A DNA stretch of 64,000 nt from Acidobacteriota bacterium (lineage in GTDB: Bacteria; Acidobacteriota; Vicinamibacteria; Vicinamibacterales; 2-12-FULL-66-21). Both the position numbers and the translations under genes were made by a program. Location of the stretch: contig QHWT01000068.1 in NCBI GenBank assembly GCA_003222675.1, positions 7,969 through 71,968 of the forward strand. Direction: 5' to 3'. Position 1 is the first letter of the stretch, and each line of letters begins with the position of its first letter. Under the pieces are notes generated by a model. The model was given only the letters and a program-made list of their open reading frames with translations. It had not been told where the DNA came from and searched no databases. Positions 19,388 through 30,122 of the stretch are shown in pieces.

Positions 19388-22300
19388 ATGGGTCGAGTCG
19401 CGAATCGGATAGCAGCAATCGTGGCGTCTGTCTGGTGTGTCTGGCTGATTACCGCATTCGCGCAGGCGCCCGCCTGCGGCCCTAATCCCGTCGTCTGCGA
19501 GAACCAGCTGACCGGCGATTCCGACTACGAGGTCGATGGCGGCGGTGCGGGCGATCCGAGCATCCAGGGATTCGCGGCAGACATCAGCGTCAACACGGGC
19601 CAGACAGTCCGCTTCAAGATCGCCACGGACTCGGCGCATTACCGCATCGCGATCTATCGTCTCGGCTACTACGGCGGCGCAGGCGCTCGCAAGATCGTCA
19701 CGCTGCCGGATTTCACGACACCGCAGATTCAGCCGAACTGCACGCAGGAGTCTCCATCGGGACCACCGACAGGACTGGTCGATTGCGGCAACTGGACGGT
19801 CTCAGCATCGTGGAACTCCGCGGGCGCAACATCCGGGATCTATCTCGCGAAGCTGACGCGGCTGGACGTCACACCGAGCACGTCGAGCCACATTCCGTTC
19901 ATCGTGCGCGATGACGCACGTACGGCGGACATCCTGTTTCAGACATCCGACACGACCTGGCAGGCATACAACCAGTACGGCGGCGGGAGCCTGTATTGCG
20001 GCGGTCCGATCTCAAACGCAGGAACGGCGTACAGCTGCCCGGGGCGCGCCGTCCGCGTGAGTTACAACCGGCCGATCGATACGCGCGACCACGATCCTCA
20101 GAGCTTCCTGTTCAACGCCGAGTACCCGATGGTGCGGTGGCTCGAAGCGAACGGATACGACGTCAAGTATTGGTCCGGCGTCGACACCGATCGGCTGGGC
20201 GCCGATCTCAGCGGTCTTCACAAGCCGAAGGCCTTTCTCTCGGTCGGGCACGACGAGTACTGGTCGGGCAACCAGCGCGCCCGCGTCGAGCAGGCGCGCA
20301 ATGCCGGCGTGAATCTGGCGTTCTTCAGCGGCAACGAGATGTTCTGGAAGACGCGCTGGGAGCCGAGCATCGACGGCACCGTGGCGCCGTTCCGCACCCT
20401 CGTCAGCTACAAGGAGACGATGAGGAACGACATCAACAATGACCCGCTGGATCCGCTCGACACGGGCCCGAATCCGATAACCACGGGCACGTGGCGCGAT
20501 ACACGATTCGGCGCGCCGGGAGATGGCGGTCGCCCTGAAAACGCACTCACGGGCCAGATCTGGACTGTCAACTGCTGCAGCAGTCAGATCGAAATACCCG
20601 TGTCGATGCGCGCGCTGCGCTTCTGGCGCAATACGCGGGTGGCCGACCTGACGGCGGGTGTCGTGTTTCTTCCAAACGAATCGCTCGGCTACGAATGGGA
20701 TGAGGATCTCGACAACGGAGTTCGTCCCCCGGGTCTCGTCCGGATGTCGTTGGCGACGCGCACCGTTGCCGAACGGATCCTGGATTTCGGGACGAAGGTG
20801 GGCCAGGGTACCGCCACTCACAGCCTGACGCTTTACCGTCACACCAGTGGCGCGCTCGTCTTCGGCGCCGGCACCGTGCAGTGGTCGTGGGGTCTCGATG
20901 GCGCGCACGATCGTGGTCTCGCGGCAGATACGCACACGCCCGACCACGCGATGCAGCAGGCGACATTCAACCTGCTCGCGGACATGGACGCGCAGCCGGC
21001 CAACCCGCAGGTCGGCGCCGATCCGAACCGCCCGCTGGTTCGTGGCGTGAAGTCGACCGATGCGCTCGGTCCGATATCCACGATCACCTCACCGGCCGTC
21101 GGCACGAGCGTCCGGAGCGGCGAACGCGTCGTGATCAATGGCACCGCCACGGATCAGGGCGGTGGAACGGTGGCCGGCGTCGAGGTCTCGGTCGACGGCG
21201 GAGTGACATGGAAGGCTGCGCAAGGGACGGCCGCGTGGAGCTTCGACTGGTCGCCGGGCGCGACTGGTCTGATGACGGTTCGCGCACGGGCGATTGACGA
21301 CAGCGGCAACCTCGAGTCAGGCGGCGCCGCCGCGACCGTGACGATCGAACCGGGCACCTGCCCGTGCACGAGCCTGTGGCATCCCGCGACGGTTCCGCCC
21401 ATCGCGGACTTCAACGATCCGACGGCGCTCGAGCTGGGGGTGAAGTTCACGAGCGGCCCCCACGTCGGGAACCTCTGGACATCGAACGGCACGAAGCTGG
21501 CGACGGCTACCTTTGCGAGCGAGTCGACGACCGGGTGGCAGCAGGTGCTCTTCCCCTCGCCGGTCCCGATTGCGGCGAACACGATGTACGTCGCGTCGTA
21601 CCACACCACGGTTGGCCATTACGCGGCCACGCCAGGCTATTTCACCAGCGCCGGCACCGACGCCCCGCCGCTGCATGCGCTCACGAGCGCAGTGGCCGGC
21701 GGCAACGGCGTGTTCCTCTCAATCGGAGCGAGCGGTTTCCCGACCCAGAGCTTCAATGCCACGAACTACTGGGTCGATGTCGTGTTCTCGCCAACGAACA
21801 ACGACACGACGCCGCCGCTGATCTTCGACGTCGCGGAACGGACGATCGACAGCGCGAACGTCGTGATCACGTGGACCACGAACGAGAGCTCGACATCGCG
21901 CATCGAGTACTCGACGGCTTTCGACTTCCCGGCAGCAGGCACCACGACGGCGTCTGACCCCGCGTTCGTGACCGCACATCGCATGGCGCTCGGTCATCTG
22001 ACGCCGAACACCACGTACTTCTATCGGGTCTCGTCGGCCGACCGCGCAGGCAACACGGCCACGGAGCTCGCGCCCAGTTTCACGGTCCCGGGGCCGACCC
22101 TGCGGGACACGGCGCAGGCGGACTTTGCGGCGGGCCAGCCGACATTCACGTACGCGGCGGAGACCGACGACGGCGAGCTGATGCTCTCGCCTGCTGAAGG
22201 CGCCGAGTTCTCCGGCACGTCGCTGCCTGACGGATGGCGCGCGTTGCCGTGGAGCGGCGGCGGATTCGCACGCGTCGACAACGGGTTGCTGGATGTGGAT

Positions 22301-25300
22301 GGATGGCGGGTTGGCACGTGCAGCGTGGATTCAACCGGCGCCTGCACCGAGGCAGGCACGTATGGACCCGGCCGCTCGCTCGAGTTCGTCGCGACGTTCA
22401 GCTCGGATGGATTCGAGCACGCCGGGTTCGGCGTCACGCTGGGGAGCCTCGCCGAACCCTGGGCCATCTTCAGCACGTTCACCGGGGGCGGCCTGGTCGC
22501 GCGGACGAACACCGGCGCGGTGAGCGTGGACGAGCCCCTCGGAAGCAGCTATATCGGGGCGCCGCACCGTTATCGGATCGACTGGCACACCGACGGAACC
22601 GTCAACTACTTCATCGATGGCGTGCAGGTTGCCGCGCATACCGCAGTGGTGAACGGACCGATGCGGCCGGTGGCCGCCAGCGACTTCTCGGTCGGCGGCG
22701 GCACCGTCAAAGTGGATTGGATGCGCATGACGCCGTATGCGGCGGCCGGCAGTCTCCTGTCGCGCGTGTTCGACGCATCAGCAATCGTCGACTGGCACAG
22801 CATCCAGTGGGCGGCGGATCAACCGGCAGGCACGAGCGTCGCCATCAGTCTGCGGACGGGCAACACCGCCACGCCAGACGGAACCTGGTCGAACTTCGCG
22901 GCGGTGCCAGCGCCAGGGACGCTCACGCAGCGATCACGCTTCATTCAGTACCGGGCGGAGCTGGCGTCCACCGATCCGGGTTCGACGCCGAGGCTCGACG
23001 ACATCATCATCAGCACGAGTCATGCTCCGGTCGCCCAGAACGACCGCGCGACCGTTCCGGTCAACGGCAGTTTCGTGTTCCCGGCCTCGGGGCCTGGCAG
23101 CCTGACGGCGAACGATACGGACGCAGATATCAACGACGTGTTGCGTGTCATCGCAGTGACTCAGCCTGGCCATGGCGTCGCAGTTTTGAACGCCGACGGA
23201 TCGGTCGTATACGCGCCGACGCTGAACTACCAAGGATCCGACACGTTCACGTACACGGTCAGCGACGGCCTGCTGACGGGGACGGCGACCGTCACGATGT
23301 TCATGGGCGTCAGCAACCAGCCGCCTGTCGCGCAGCCGGACGCGTTTTCCCTTCTTGAAGACAGCGGGAGCACTACGCTGACCGTGCTGGCGAACGACAG
23401 CGATCCCGAGGACGGCACGAACGTCAAGGTCACGGCTGTGACGCAAGGCGCACATGGCACGGTCGCCATCACTCCCGGTGCCGCATCCGTCTCTTACACG
23501 CCGCAAGCCGACTTCTTCGGATCCGATACGTTTACCTACACGATCAGCGACACCGCGGGCGCGACGGCGACGGCCAACGTGACGCTCACGGTCAAGCCTG
23601 TCGACGATGCGCCGCGCTTCGTCAAGGGCGCAGACCAGACGGTGCTCGAGGATGCGGGAGCGAAGACCGTCACCGGATGGGCGACGTCCATCAGCGCGGG
23701 GCCGGCCAATGAAAACGGCCAGGCGCTGAATTTCATCGTGACGAATAACAACAACGCGCTGTTCGACCTGCAGCCGGCGGTCGCGAGCAACGGGACGCTC
23801 ACGTATACGACTAAACCGACTGCGAACGGATCCGCGACCGTCACCGTCTCCCTGCACGATGACGGCGGCACGCTCGACGGCGGCGTCGACACCAGCGCAC
23901 CGCAGACATTCACGATTAGTGTGACCGCCGTCAATGATGCGCCGAGCTTCGTCAAGGGTGCTGACCAGACGGTACTCGAGGACTCCGGTCCGACATCCGT
24001 CGTCGCCTGGGCCACCGCGATCAGTGCAGGACCCGCGGACGAGGCCGGGCAGACGCTGACCTTCACGGTCACGAATAACAACGCGGCCCTCTTCGCAGCG
24101 GCACCCGCCGTTTCGGGAACCGGCGTGCTGACGTTTACGCCGGCAGCCAACGCCAGCGGTTCTTCAATCGTCACGGTGAAACTGGCGGACAGCGGCGGGA
24201 CAGTCAATGGCGGCGTCGACAGCAGCACACAGACGTTCGTCATCACGGTGAAGCCGGTCAACGACGCGCCGTCCTTCGTCAAGGGCGCTGACCAGACGGT
24301 GCTCGAAGACGCGGGTGCGCAGACCGTGCCCGGCTGGGCGACGGCCATGAGCGCCGGGCCCGCATCAGAGGCTGGCCAGACGCTGACCTTCGGGGTCACG
24401 GCCAGCAACACCGCGCTGTTCGCGGTGCAGCCGGCCATCACGCCGACCGGCACCTTGAGCTACACGCCAGCGCTGAATGCCAACGGTTCCACGACGGTCA
24501 CCGTCGTCCTGCGCGACAACGGCGGCACGCTCGACGGGGGCGTCGACGCGAGCGCGTCACAGACGTTCACCATCAACCTCACGGCCGTCAACGACGTACC
24601 GAGCTTCGTGAAGGGGCTTGATCAGACTGTGCTCGAAGATGCCGGACCGAGAGTGGTGACCGCATGGGCCACGTCGATCAGCGCGGGTGGTCCAGACGAG
24701 AGCGCGCAGGTATTGACGTTCGAGGTGACGAATAGCAACAACGCGCTGTTCTCGGCGCAGCCACAGATTGCCGCGAACGGCACGTTGAGCTATACACCCG
24801 CAGCAACCGCGAATGGTTCAGCGACCGTCACCGTCGCGCTGCGCGACAACGGCGGCACGCTGAACGGCGGCTCGGATCTCAGCGCATCCCAGACCTTCAC
24901 CATTACCGTGACGCCGGTGAACGACGTGCCGAGCTTCACGAAGGGCGCCAATCAGGTCGTGCTCGAGGATGCAGTCCCGCAGTCAATCGCCTGGGCAACG
25001 GCGATTAGCGCGGGACCCGCGAACGAAAGCGCTCAGACGCTGAACTTCATCGTCAGCAACAGCAGCAACGTGCTCTTCAGCGCGCAGCCGCAAATTTCTG
25101 CGACCGGCACGCTCACGTTCACCGCCGCGCCAAACGTGAACGGGCTCGCGACGGTGACAGTGCAACTCCACGACAACGGCGGTATCGCCGACGGCGGCGT
25201 GGACACCAGCGCAGCGCAGACCTTCACGATCTCTGTGACCGCAGTGAATGACGCGCCGAGCTTTACCAAGGGTGCGGATCAGACTTCGTCGGCCGGCGCC

Positions 25301-26518
25301 GGCGCGCAGACCGTGGCCGTATGGGCCACGAACCTCAGCGCAGGCCCGGCCGACGAATCGGCGCAGGCGCTCAACTTCATCGTGACGACCAACAACGCGG
25401 CGCTGTTCTCGGTGCAGCCGGTGATTGCGGCCAATGGAACCCTGACGTACACGCCCGCCGCAACCGGCGGCGGCACGGCCGTCGTCACCGTCCAGCTGCA
25501 CGACAACGGCGGCGTGGCAAACGGCGGGGTCGACACGAGCGCGGCGCAGACGTTCAACATCACGCTGCCGTTCCCGACGACGACAACGCTGTCGTCACCA
25601 ACGGTGAGCCCGACGACGTATGGCCAGGCAGTGGTGCTGAACGCGAGCGTGACGAGCGCCGGCGGTACGCCGCAGGGATCGATCGATTTCCTGGATAGCG
25701 GTGTGCTGCTAGGGAATGTGACGTTGACGAACGGATCAGCGTCGCTGAGCACGACCGCGATCGGGGCCGGGACAGCGCGGACGATCACGGCGGTATATAA
25801 GCCGACGCCATCGTTCGTGACAAGTCAGGCGGCGATCACTCGCGTGGTAACCGCTGCGGCGACGACATCAACGTTTATCGTAACGCCTACCGTCTCACAG
25901 TACAGCGATGTCGTGACATTCGACACGACATTGACACCTGGCACGCTCGGCAACACATGGCCTGCACAGAGCGCCAGCTTCAGGATTGGCACACAGGTCG
26001 TCGCGACAGCGGCCTTTGTGTGGGATGCGACAGCGGGGGTGTTGCGCGCTCGCTACATCGGGCCACTTATCGAGGGGCCAACTCAGACCGGTCAGTTGAA
26101 GCCTGGCACCAGAACGATAGCGATTCTCTACAACGGTGTGAGCTCGAACTACACTGTCGCCAACCGCACCGGATCGATGTCAATTACGCGAGAAGACGCG
26201 ACGGTCTCTTACATCGGCGACACGCAGGTGGTCTGCAGCACGAATTGCGCGGCGGTTCCTGTCCTCTTGAAGGCCAGGGTTACCGAGGCTCAGGATGGTT
26301 CACTCGGCGACATCCGCAATGCGACAGTGGCATTCGTGAACCGGACGACAGGACTGACAATCGCCACTGTACCGGTGTCGGCGGACGGAACAGCGAGCAC
26401 GACGTGGACGGTCAATGTTGCAGCGTCACAGACGACGAAGATAGGGATGGTGGTGGGTAACTACTATATTCGAAGCAACACGCTTGACGATGGCACGGTC
26501 GTGATTACGAAACAGTAG
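19388..26518 (+). CDS. giant secreted protein: N,N-dimethylformamidase beta-subunit-like domain, Ig-like, DUF4082-like, FN3, lectin-like and cadherin/Big tandem repeats
   Basis: Signal peptide; IYRLGYYGG, TWQAYN.YGG.SLY, SYNRP, SVGHDEYWS, FFSGNE; TNYWVDVVF; six ~106-aa [VN]DAPSFxKGADQ repeats. Confidence 0.88.
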   Translation: MGRVANRIAAIVASVWCVWLITAFAQAPACGPNPVVCENQLTGDSDYEVDGGGAGDPSIQGFAADISVNTGQTVRFKIATDSAHYRIAIYRLGYYGGAGARKIVTLPDFTTPQIQPNCTQESPSGPPTGLVDCGNWTVSASWNSAGATSGIYLAKLTRLDVTPSTSSHIPFIVRDDARTADILFQTSDTTWQAYNQYGGGSLYCGGPISNAGTAYSCPGRAVRVSYNRPIDTRDHDPQSFLFNAEYPMVRWLEANGYDVKYWSGVDTDRLGADLSGLHKPKAFLSVGHDEYWSGNQRARVEQARNAGVNLAFFSGNEMFWKTRWEPSIDGTVAPFRTLVSYKETMRNDINNDPLDPLDTGPNPITTGTWRDTRFGAPGDGGRPENALTGQIWTVNCCSSQIEIPVSMRALRFWRNTRVADLTAGVVFLPNESLGYEWDEDLDNGVRPPGLVRMSLATRTVAERILDFGTKVGQGTATHSLTLYRHTSGALVFGAGTVQWSWGLDGAHDRGLAADTHTPDHAMQQATFNLLADMDAQPANPQVGADPNRPLVRGVKSTDALGPISTITSPAVGTSVRSGERVVINGTATDQGGGTVAGVEVSVDGGVTWKAAQGTAAWSFDWSPGATGLMTVRARAIDDSGNLESGGAAATVTIEPGTCPCTSLWHPATVPPIADFNDPTALELGVKFTSGPHVGNLWTSNGTKLATATFASESTTGWQQVLFPSPVPIAANTMYVASYHTTVGHYAATPGYFTSAGTDAPPLHALTSAVAGGNGVFLSIGASGFPTQSFNATNYWVDVVFSPTNNDTTPPLIFDVAERTIDSANVVITWTTNESSTSRIEYSTAFDFPAAGTTTASDPAFVTAHRMALGHLTPNTTYFYRVSSADRAGNTATELAPSFTVPGPTLRDTAQADFAAGQPTFTYAAETDDGELMLSPAEGAEFSGTSLPDGWRALPWSGGGFARVDNGLLDVDGWRVGTCSVDSTGACTEAGTYGPGRSLEFVATFSSDGFEHAGFGVTLGSLAEPWAIFSTFTGGGLVARTNTGAVSVDEPLGSSYIGAPHRYRIDWHTDGTVNYFIDGVQVAAHTAVVNGPMRPVAASDFSVGGGTVKVDWMRMTPYAAAGSLLSRVFDASAIVDWHSIQWAADQPAGTSVAISLRTGNTATPDGTWSNFAAVPAPGTLTQRSRFIQYRAELASTDPGSTPRLDDIIISTSHAPVAQNDRATVPVNGSFVFPASGPGSLTANDTDADINDVLRVIAVTQPGHGVAVLNADGSVVYAPTLNYQGSDTFTYTVSDGLLTGTATVTMFMGVSNQPPVAQPDAFSLLEDSGSTTLTVLANDSDPEDGTNVKVTAVTQGAHGTVAITPGAASVSYTPQADFFGSDTFTYTISDTAGATATANVTLTVKPVDDAPRFVKGADQTVLEDAGAKTVTGWATSISAGPANENGQALNFIVTNNNNALFDLQPAVASNGTLTYTTKPTANGSATVTVSLHDDGGTLDGGVDTSAPQTFTISVTAVNDAPSFVKGADQTVLEDSGPTSVVAWATAISAGPADEAGQTLTFTVTNNNAALFAAAPAVSGTGVLTFTPAANASGSSIVTVKLADSGGTVNGGVDSSTQTFVITVKPVNDAPSFVKGADQTVLEDAGAQTVPGWATAMSAGPASEAGQTLTFGVTASNTALFAVQPAITPTGTLSYTPALNANGSTTVTVVLRDNGGTLDGGVDASASQTFTINLTAVNDVPSFVKGLDQTVLEDAGPRVVTAWATSISAGGPDESAQVLTFEVTNSNNALFSAQPQIAANGTLSYTPAATANGSATVTVALRDNGGTLNGGSDLSASQTFTITVTPVNDVPSFTKGANQVVLEDAVPQSIAWATAISAGPANESAQTLNFIVSNSSNVLFSAQPQISATGTLTFTAAPNVNGLATVTVQLHDNGGIADGGVDTSAAQTFTISVTAVNDAPSFTKGADQTSSAGAGAQTVAVWATNLSAGPADESAQALNFIVTTNNAALFSVQPVIAANGTLTYTPAATGGGTAVVTVQLHDNGGVANGGVDTSAAQTFNITLPFPTTTTLSSPTVSPTTYGQAVVLNASVTSAGGTPQGSIDFLDSGVLLGNVTLTNGSASLSTTAIGAGTARTITAVYKPTPSFVTSQAAITRVVTAAATTSTFIVTPTVSQYSDVVTFDTTLTPGTLGNTWPAQSASFRIGTQVVATAAFVWDATAGVLRARYIGPLIEGPTQTGQLKPGTRTIAILYNGVSSNYTVANRTGSMSITREDATVSYIGDTQVVCSTNCAAVPVLLKARVTEAQDGSLGDIRNATVAFVNRTTGLTIATVPVSADGTASTTWTVNVAASQTTKIGMVVGNYYIRSNTLDDGTVVITKQ

Positions 26519-26527
26519 CAGGAGGGA

Positions 26528-26582
26528 AGACGGAGGTCAGAATACGGAGCCCTCGCAGCCGACTCCGTATTCTGTTCCGTCT
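26528..26582. terminator. long hairpin between convergent genes
   Basis: CAGAATACGGAG (26538-26549) pairs with CTCCGTATTCTG (26563-26574), extended by AGACGGA/TCCGTCT. Confidence 0.55.
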
Positions 26583-26628
26583 CTGCCGGCCGTCTTCCGT
26601 CGTGAGTCCCTCCGGAGCTGCCCGTGTA

Positions 26629-28782
26629 CTAGAGTACCCCTCCAACGATCGGAAGCGGCCACAGCTCGCGCGTGAGGATCTTCGTCGAGATTGTACTAAG
26701 TCCCGCACTCGGGTTTTTCACTCGCAACGTGTAAGTTCCACCAGACGATGGCGGAGTGAAGGTCACCGCAGCGGTACCAGGCGTGGGCAACGAACTGGCG
26801 ACAACCTGGCCCGCGTTGTTGACCAGTTCAACGACCAGGGACGCGAGCACGTCGGTCGATGTGGCCGATGCGACGACGAGCAGCGTGCCCGGGTTGACGG
26901 TGAACAAGTCCTGCGCGTACGCGCCGGACGCGACGTCCTGCTGGCTCGTCTGCTTCGTCTCTTTCTTGTCCGGCGTATCGAAGCTGTTCTCGATTCCATC
27001 GTTGTCGTTGTCGTCATCCGAGACGTCGGGGATGCCGTCGTTGTCGTTGTCGGCGTCAAGCGCGTTCGGGATGCCGTCATCATCTACATCATCGTCCACG
27101 TCCGCCCGCTTGCCGTCGTCGTCGAAATCGTCGTCATCCCGTTCGATGCGAGCGCGGAGGTTCGCGCGCGGCATCTTGACTCGCCCAATGCGGTTGAACG
27201 CCGCGTCTCCTGGATCGCCGACAGCATAGAAGAATGTTCCGGCCCTAGTGCTGTGATCCGCAGTCAGCCCGAGTGGCTGCGACGACGGCACGGTTTGGTT
27301 AGGCGAGCACACATTGTTCTTCGCGGGCATGCCCGTAGCGATGTTGACGTCGACGAACGTCCCATCATTCGTGGTCTGTCGCATTCCATCCGCAACCTTT
27401 GCACATGGCGAAGCCTGCCCGTTCGTTCGATTCGCAAAATCGGACGCGAAGTTGGCAGTGAAGGTGTTGAAAAAGATCGTTGGCGTGTCGGGCGGTACGG
27501 GAACGATGTTGCGGTTAGGCTTCAACAAGCCCACCTTGTTCTCGGTGGGTTCGCCATTTGTGTACCCGATGAGCGAACTGTCGGGCGAAACCGCGAACAA
27601 GTCGCGAGCACCTTCAAGCGTCGGTGGAATGAAATGTTTGGTCATCCGGTTCGTCTTGGGATCGAGGCTGACCAGATGCCCGGTCGCGGTCACGACCCAG
27701 ATTTTGCCGTCATCATCAATCTGCAGGTGGCGCGGTTCCGCAGGGGCGGGTTCTGTAGATTGCGCCGGACCGGCCGCTGTGAGTTTGAAGAATGTCCAGA
27801 CTTTGATCGTGCAGGATCCTGATAACCCGGAGCACGCTTGTGTGTCGATTTGGCCAATCGCTCCCTGGCCGTTCTCTCCGCCCTCGGGAAGTGAGAAGTA
27901 CACGAATCTGCCGGACCGATCGACGTCAACACCTGAAAGACACGGTGTTGTCGTTTGAGCGGCACCGCAGAAGCCGGCGCTTCCTCCAACGTAAAAACGC
28001 GTCAAGTTATTAGAAGGGGCATTCGTATTGAGCCGCTGTATGAAGCTGCGCTCGGGTGCGAGGATGAGCCCACCAGGGTTGATCGGATCGGGCAGCGCTA
28101 CTGCGACTGCCGAGAAAATGTTGTTGTTGCCATCTATCGTGACGTCAGAGCCCGTATCCGGATTCGCTGGATGATCCGGGTCTTGAGGAATCTGGTCGTG
28201 TGGCCAGGTTGTACGTGGACATTCGACGGTTGGCGTCACGCCAGCAATGATCAATGTGCTGGCGATCGGCCTGCAGTTCTGTGGTTGCGTGTCGATTCTG
28301 ATGACGGATGTCGTCGTGTGAACGAATACGAAGCGTCCATCCTTTGAGGGTCGAATCCGTCTGAGACCATTCGCCACTGAGGTTCCGCCGTTTGACGCGG
28401 ACTGAAGCTCCCAGGAAAACCAATCAGCCGTGTTCCGATTTTTCTTGTCGTTGTGCAGGTCGACTCGATACACGCGCGGCGAGGGGTCCGTTCCTACACC
28501 AGCCATACGGGTTACGAACCAGAGCCGATTGGAATCTGCTTGGACGTCAGTGACCATCGCACCCGGAATATTGTCCGCTTGCTCCGGCAGGTCCCACTCA
28601 ATAAGTCGGGCAGTCACGGGTGTGGGGGGTGGCTGATTATTGTTCGTCGTGCCTGCAAGGGTCTGTGCCGCCGCCGGGACTGTCGATCCGATCAGCCCCG
28701 CCGTCAGCAGCGCGGCGCATCGTGACGACAGGGCTAACCTCTGTCGTATAAGTCCGTTGGTACACACCTTCTCAGTCCCCAT
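26629..28782 (-). CDS. secreted protein with beta-propeller-like region, acidic DxDxDG Ca-binding repeats and C-terminal beta-sandwich
   Basis: GGAGG then ATG at 28782; signal peptide ending AAA-Q; DDDDFDDDG..DDDVDDDGIPN..DNDNDGIPD..DNDNDGIEN; GTYTLRV. Confidence 0.75.
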   Translation of the reverse strand: MGTEKVCTNGLIRQRLALSSRCAALLTAGLIGSTVPAAAQTLAGTTNNNQPPPTPVTARLIEWDLPEQADNIPGAMVTDVQADSNRLWFVTRMAGVGTDPSPRVYRVDLHNDKKNRNTADWFSWELQSASNGGTSVANGLRRIRPSKDGRFVFVHTTTSVIRIDTQPQNCRPIASTLIIAGVTPTVECPRTTWPHDQIPQDPDHPANPDTGSDVTIDGNNNIFSAVAVALPDPINPGGLILAPERSFIQRLNTNAPSNNLTRFYVGGSAGFCGAAQTTTPCLSGVDVDRSGRFVYFSLPEGGENGQGAIGQIDTQACSGLSGSCTIKVWTFFKLTAAGPAQSTEPAPAEPRHLQIDDDGKIWVVTATGHLVSLDPKTNRMTKHFIPPTLEGARDLFAVSPDSSLIGYTNGEPTENKVGLLKPNRNIVPVPPDTPTIFFNTFTANFASDFANRTNGQASPCAKVADGMRQTTNDGTFVDVNIATGMPAKNNVCSPNQTVPSSQPLGLTADHSTRAGTFFYAVGDPGDAAFNRIGRVKMPRANLRARIERDDDDFDDDGKRADVDDDVDDDGIPNALDADNDNDGIPDVSDDDNDNDGIENSFDTPDKKETKQTSQQDVASGAYAQDLFTVNPGTLLVVASATSTDVLASLVVELVNNAGQVVASSLPTPGTAAVTFTPPSSGGTYTLRVKNPSAGLSTISTKILTRELWPLPIVGGVL

Positions 28783-29355
28783 CTCATCCTCCGCAGATTT
28801 CCCGGTTCCCTCCGAATCCCGCAGCACTGGCAACGCGTGAACTTTTTACGTAGCGCGTCGCGTTCCGCGCGTTCGTATGTCAACGCGCGTGCCATCTACA
28901 AACGATCGCGATGCACCCGGATCCATTGCGAGTTTCTGTAGTCGAGATTGAGAAATGGGGGCCGTACGGAGGGTTAATCCATCATCGGGGAGACTTCGCG
29001 CGGGGGTGTGTTCCATCTCACGACGCGATGGCGTGCAGGCCTGTGTGACAACTTTCCGTCATGAGAACTTCTGTGGCCGTTCGTGGTGGTAATGCGCGTA
29101 ACGGGACCGTTCGCACCGGCACTCCAAAAGTGCATCACCGCTCAAGCATATCCGCTCGACATGGGAATTCTCAGGTCGTGACGCGCGCCAGACTCTCTCG
29201 ATGGATGATGCCTACGAATTCCGTGATCGCTCAAGCATTCCGGCCGAGGTCCATTTCAAAAGGCCCTCAGCCCAACCGTTCTATCCGGCTGAGTGATCGC
29301 CGGTTGCAACCAGCACTCGAGAATGGAGCAGGCATCCACCGGATGGGGCAATCAC

Positions 29356-29727
29356 ATGGCATATGAAACGGAAGCATCGATGAGCACGCTGTTGCGCAGC
29401 GCGCTCGATGACGTGCGGGACTTGTTCCGCGAAGAGGTCGCGCTCGCGCGCGCGGAACTGCGGACGGAAGTATCGAAAGCGACCGTGGCGGCCAGCGGGT
29501 TCGGAGCGGCGGCAGCCGCGCTCTCGTGTGCCGGCGTATTCCTGCTGACCGCGCTGGCGCTCGGCATCGCCACGCTTTTCCAGTGGCCCGCCTGGACCGG
29601 CTTCGCGATCGTCGGCGTGCTGCTCGCGATCGCCGGAGCGATCATGTTCATGAGCGGCCGCCGCGCGCTGCGCGAGATCCGCGGCCTCCCGCGGACGGTC
29701 GAAATCGTGAAGGAGACCTTTCAATGA
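29356..29727 (+). CDS. YqjE/'holin-X' family two-TM membrane protein
   Basis: LLRSALDDVRDLFREEVALARAEL, two TM helices, LPRTVE; coupled to the next gene by ATGA overlap. Confidence 0.8.
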   Translation: MAYETEASMSTLLRSALDDVRDLFREEVALARAELRTEVSKATVAASGFGAAAAALSCAGVFLLTALALGIATLFQWPAWTGFAIVGVLLAIAGAIMFMSGRRALREIRGLPRTVEIVKETFQ

Positions 29728-30014
29728 ACCACAGATACGACTCGTCCGCACCGCAGATGGCCGCAATCGAGAGCGATATCGTCCGCACGCGCGCGTCGCT
29801 CGATCGAAAGCTGCATGAGATCGAACGTCGGCTCGCGCCGGATCACGTCAAGGCAGAACTGAAGCAGGCGCTGAAGCGCCGCCTCGATCCGGACCCGTAC
29901 TTTGGATGGATCGCGACGGGCCTTGTCGCGGTCGGCGGCTGGATGGCGGTGCGCGGCGCGCGGCGTCATCGCGAGGTGGAGTTCCCCGTGGGCGACTACT
30001 CCATCCCGACCTAG
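29724..30014 (+). CDS. DUF3618-like small protein
   Basis: IESDIVRTRASLDRKLHEIERRL plus C-terminal TM helix; usual partner of YqjE-type genes. Confidence 0.72.
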   Translation: MNHRYDSSAPQMAAIESDIVRTRASLDRKLHEIERRLAPDHVKAELKQALKRRLDPDPYFGWIATGLVAVGGWMAVRGARRHREVEFPVGDYSIPT

Positions 30015-30066
30015 GATGCGGGATGCGCGTCGCGAGAACGAGCGATGCGCGGATGAAAATAGAAGC

Positions 30067-30099
30067 AAAAAGAAAGGGCGCGCCGAAGCGCGCCCTTTT
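30067..30099. terminator. bidirectional intrinsic terminator
   Basis: AAAGGGCGCGC-CGAA-GCGCGCCCTTT flanked by A- and T-rich tracts between convergent genes. Confidence 0.85.
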
Positions 30100-30122
30100 G
30101 ATTTCGACTGCGTGCGAGCTTC

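Noticed and set aside
23590-25570. ~320-bp repeats as DGR template/variable repeats or recombination cassettes
   Set aside because: They encode diverged cadherin-like domains; no adenine-specific mismatch pattern seen, and the only RT is a group II intron protein
28783-29355. 573-nt intergenic gap as ncRNA or tRNA
   Set aside because: No cloverleaf or recognisable RNA motif; consistent with divergent promoter DNA
29356-29727. 'Holin' as evidence of a prophage
   Set aside because: YqjE/DUF3618 pairs are ordinary chromosomal genes; no phage genes nearby
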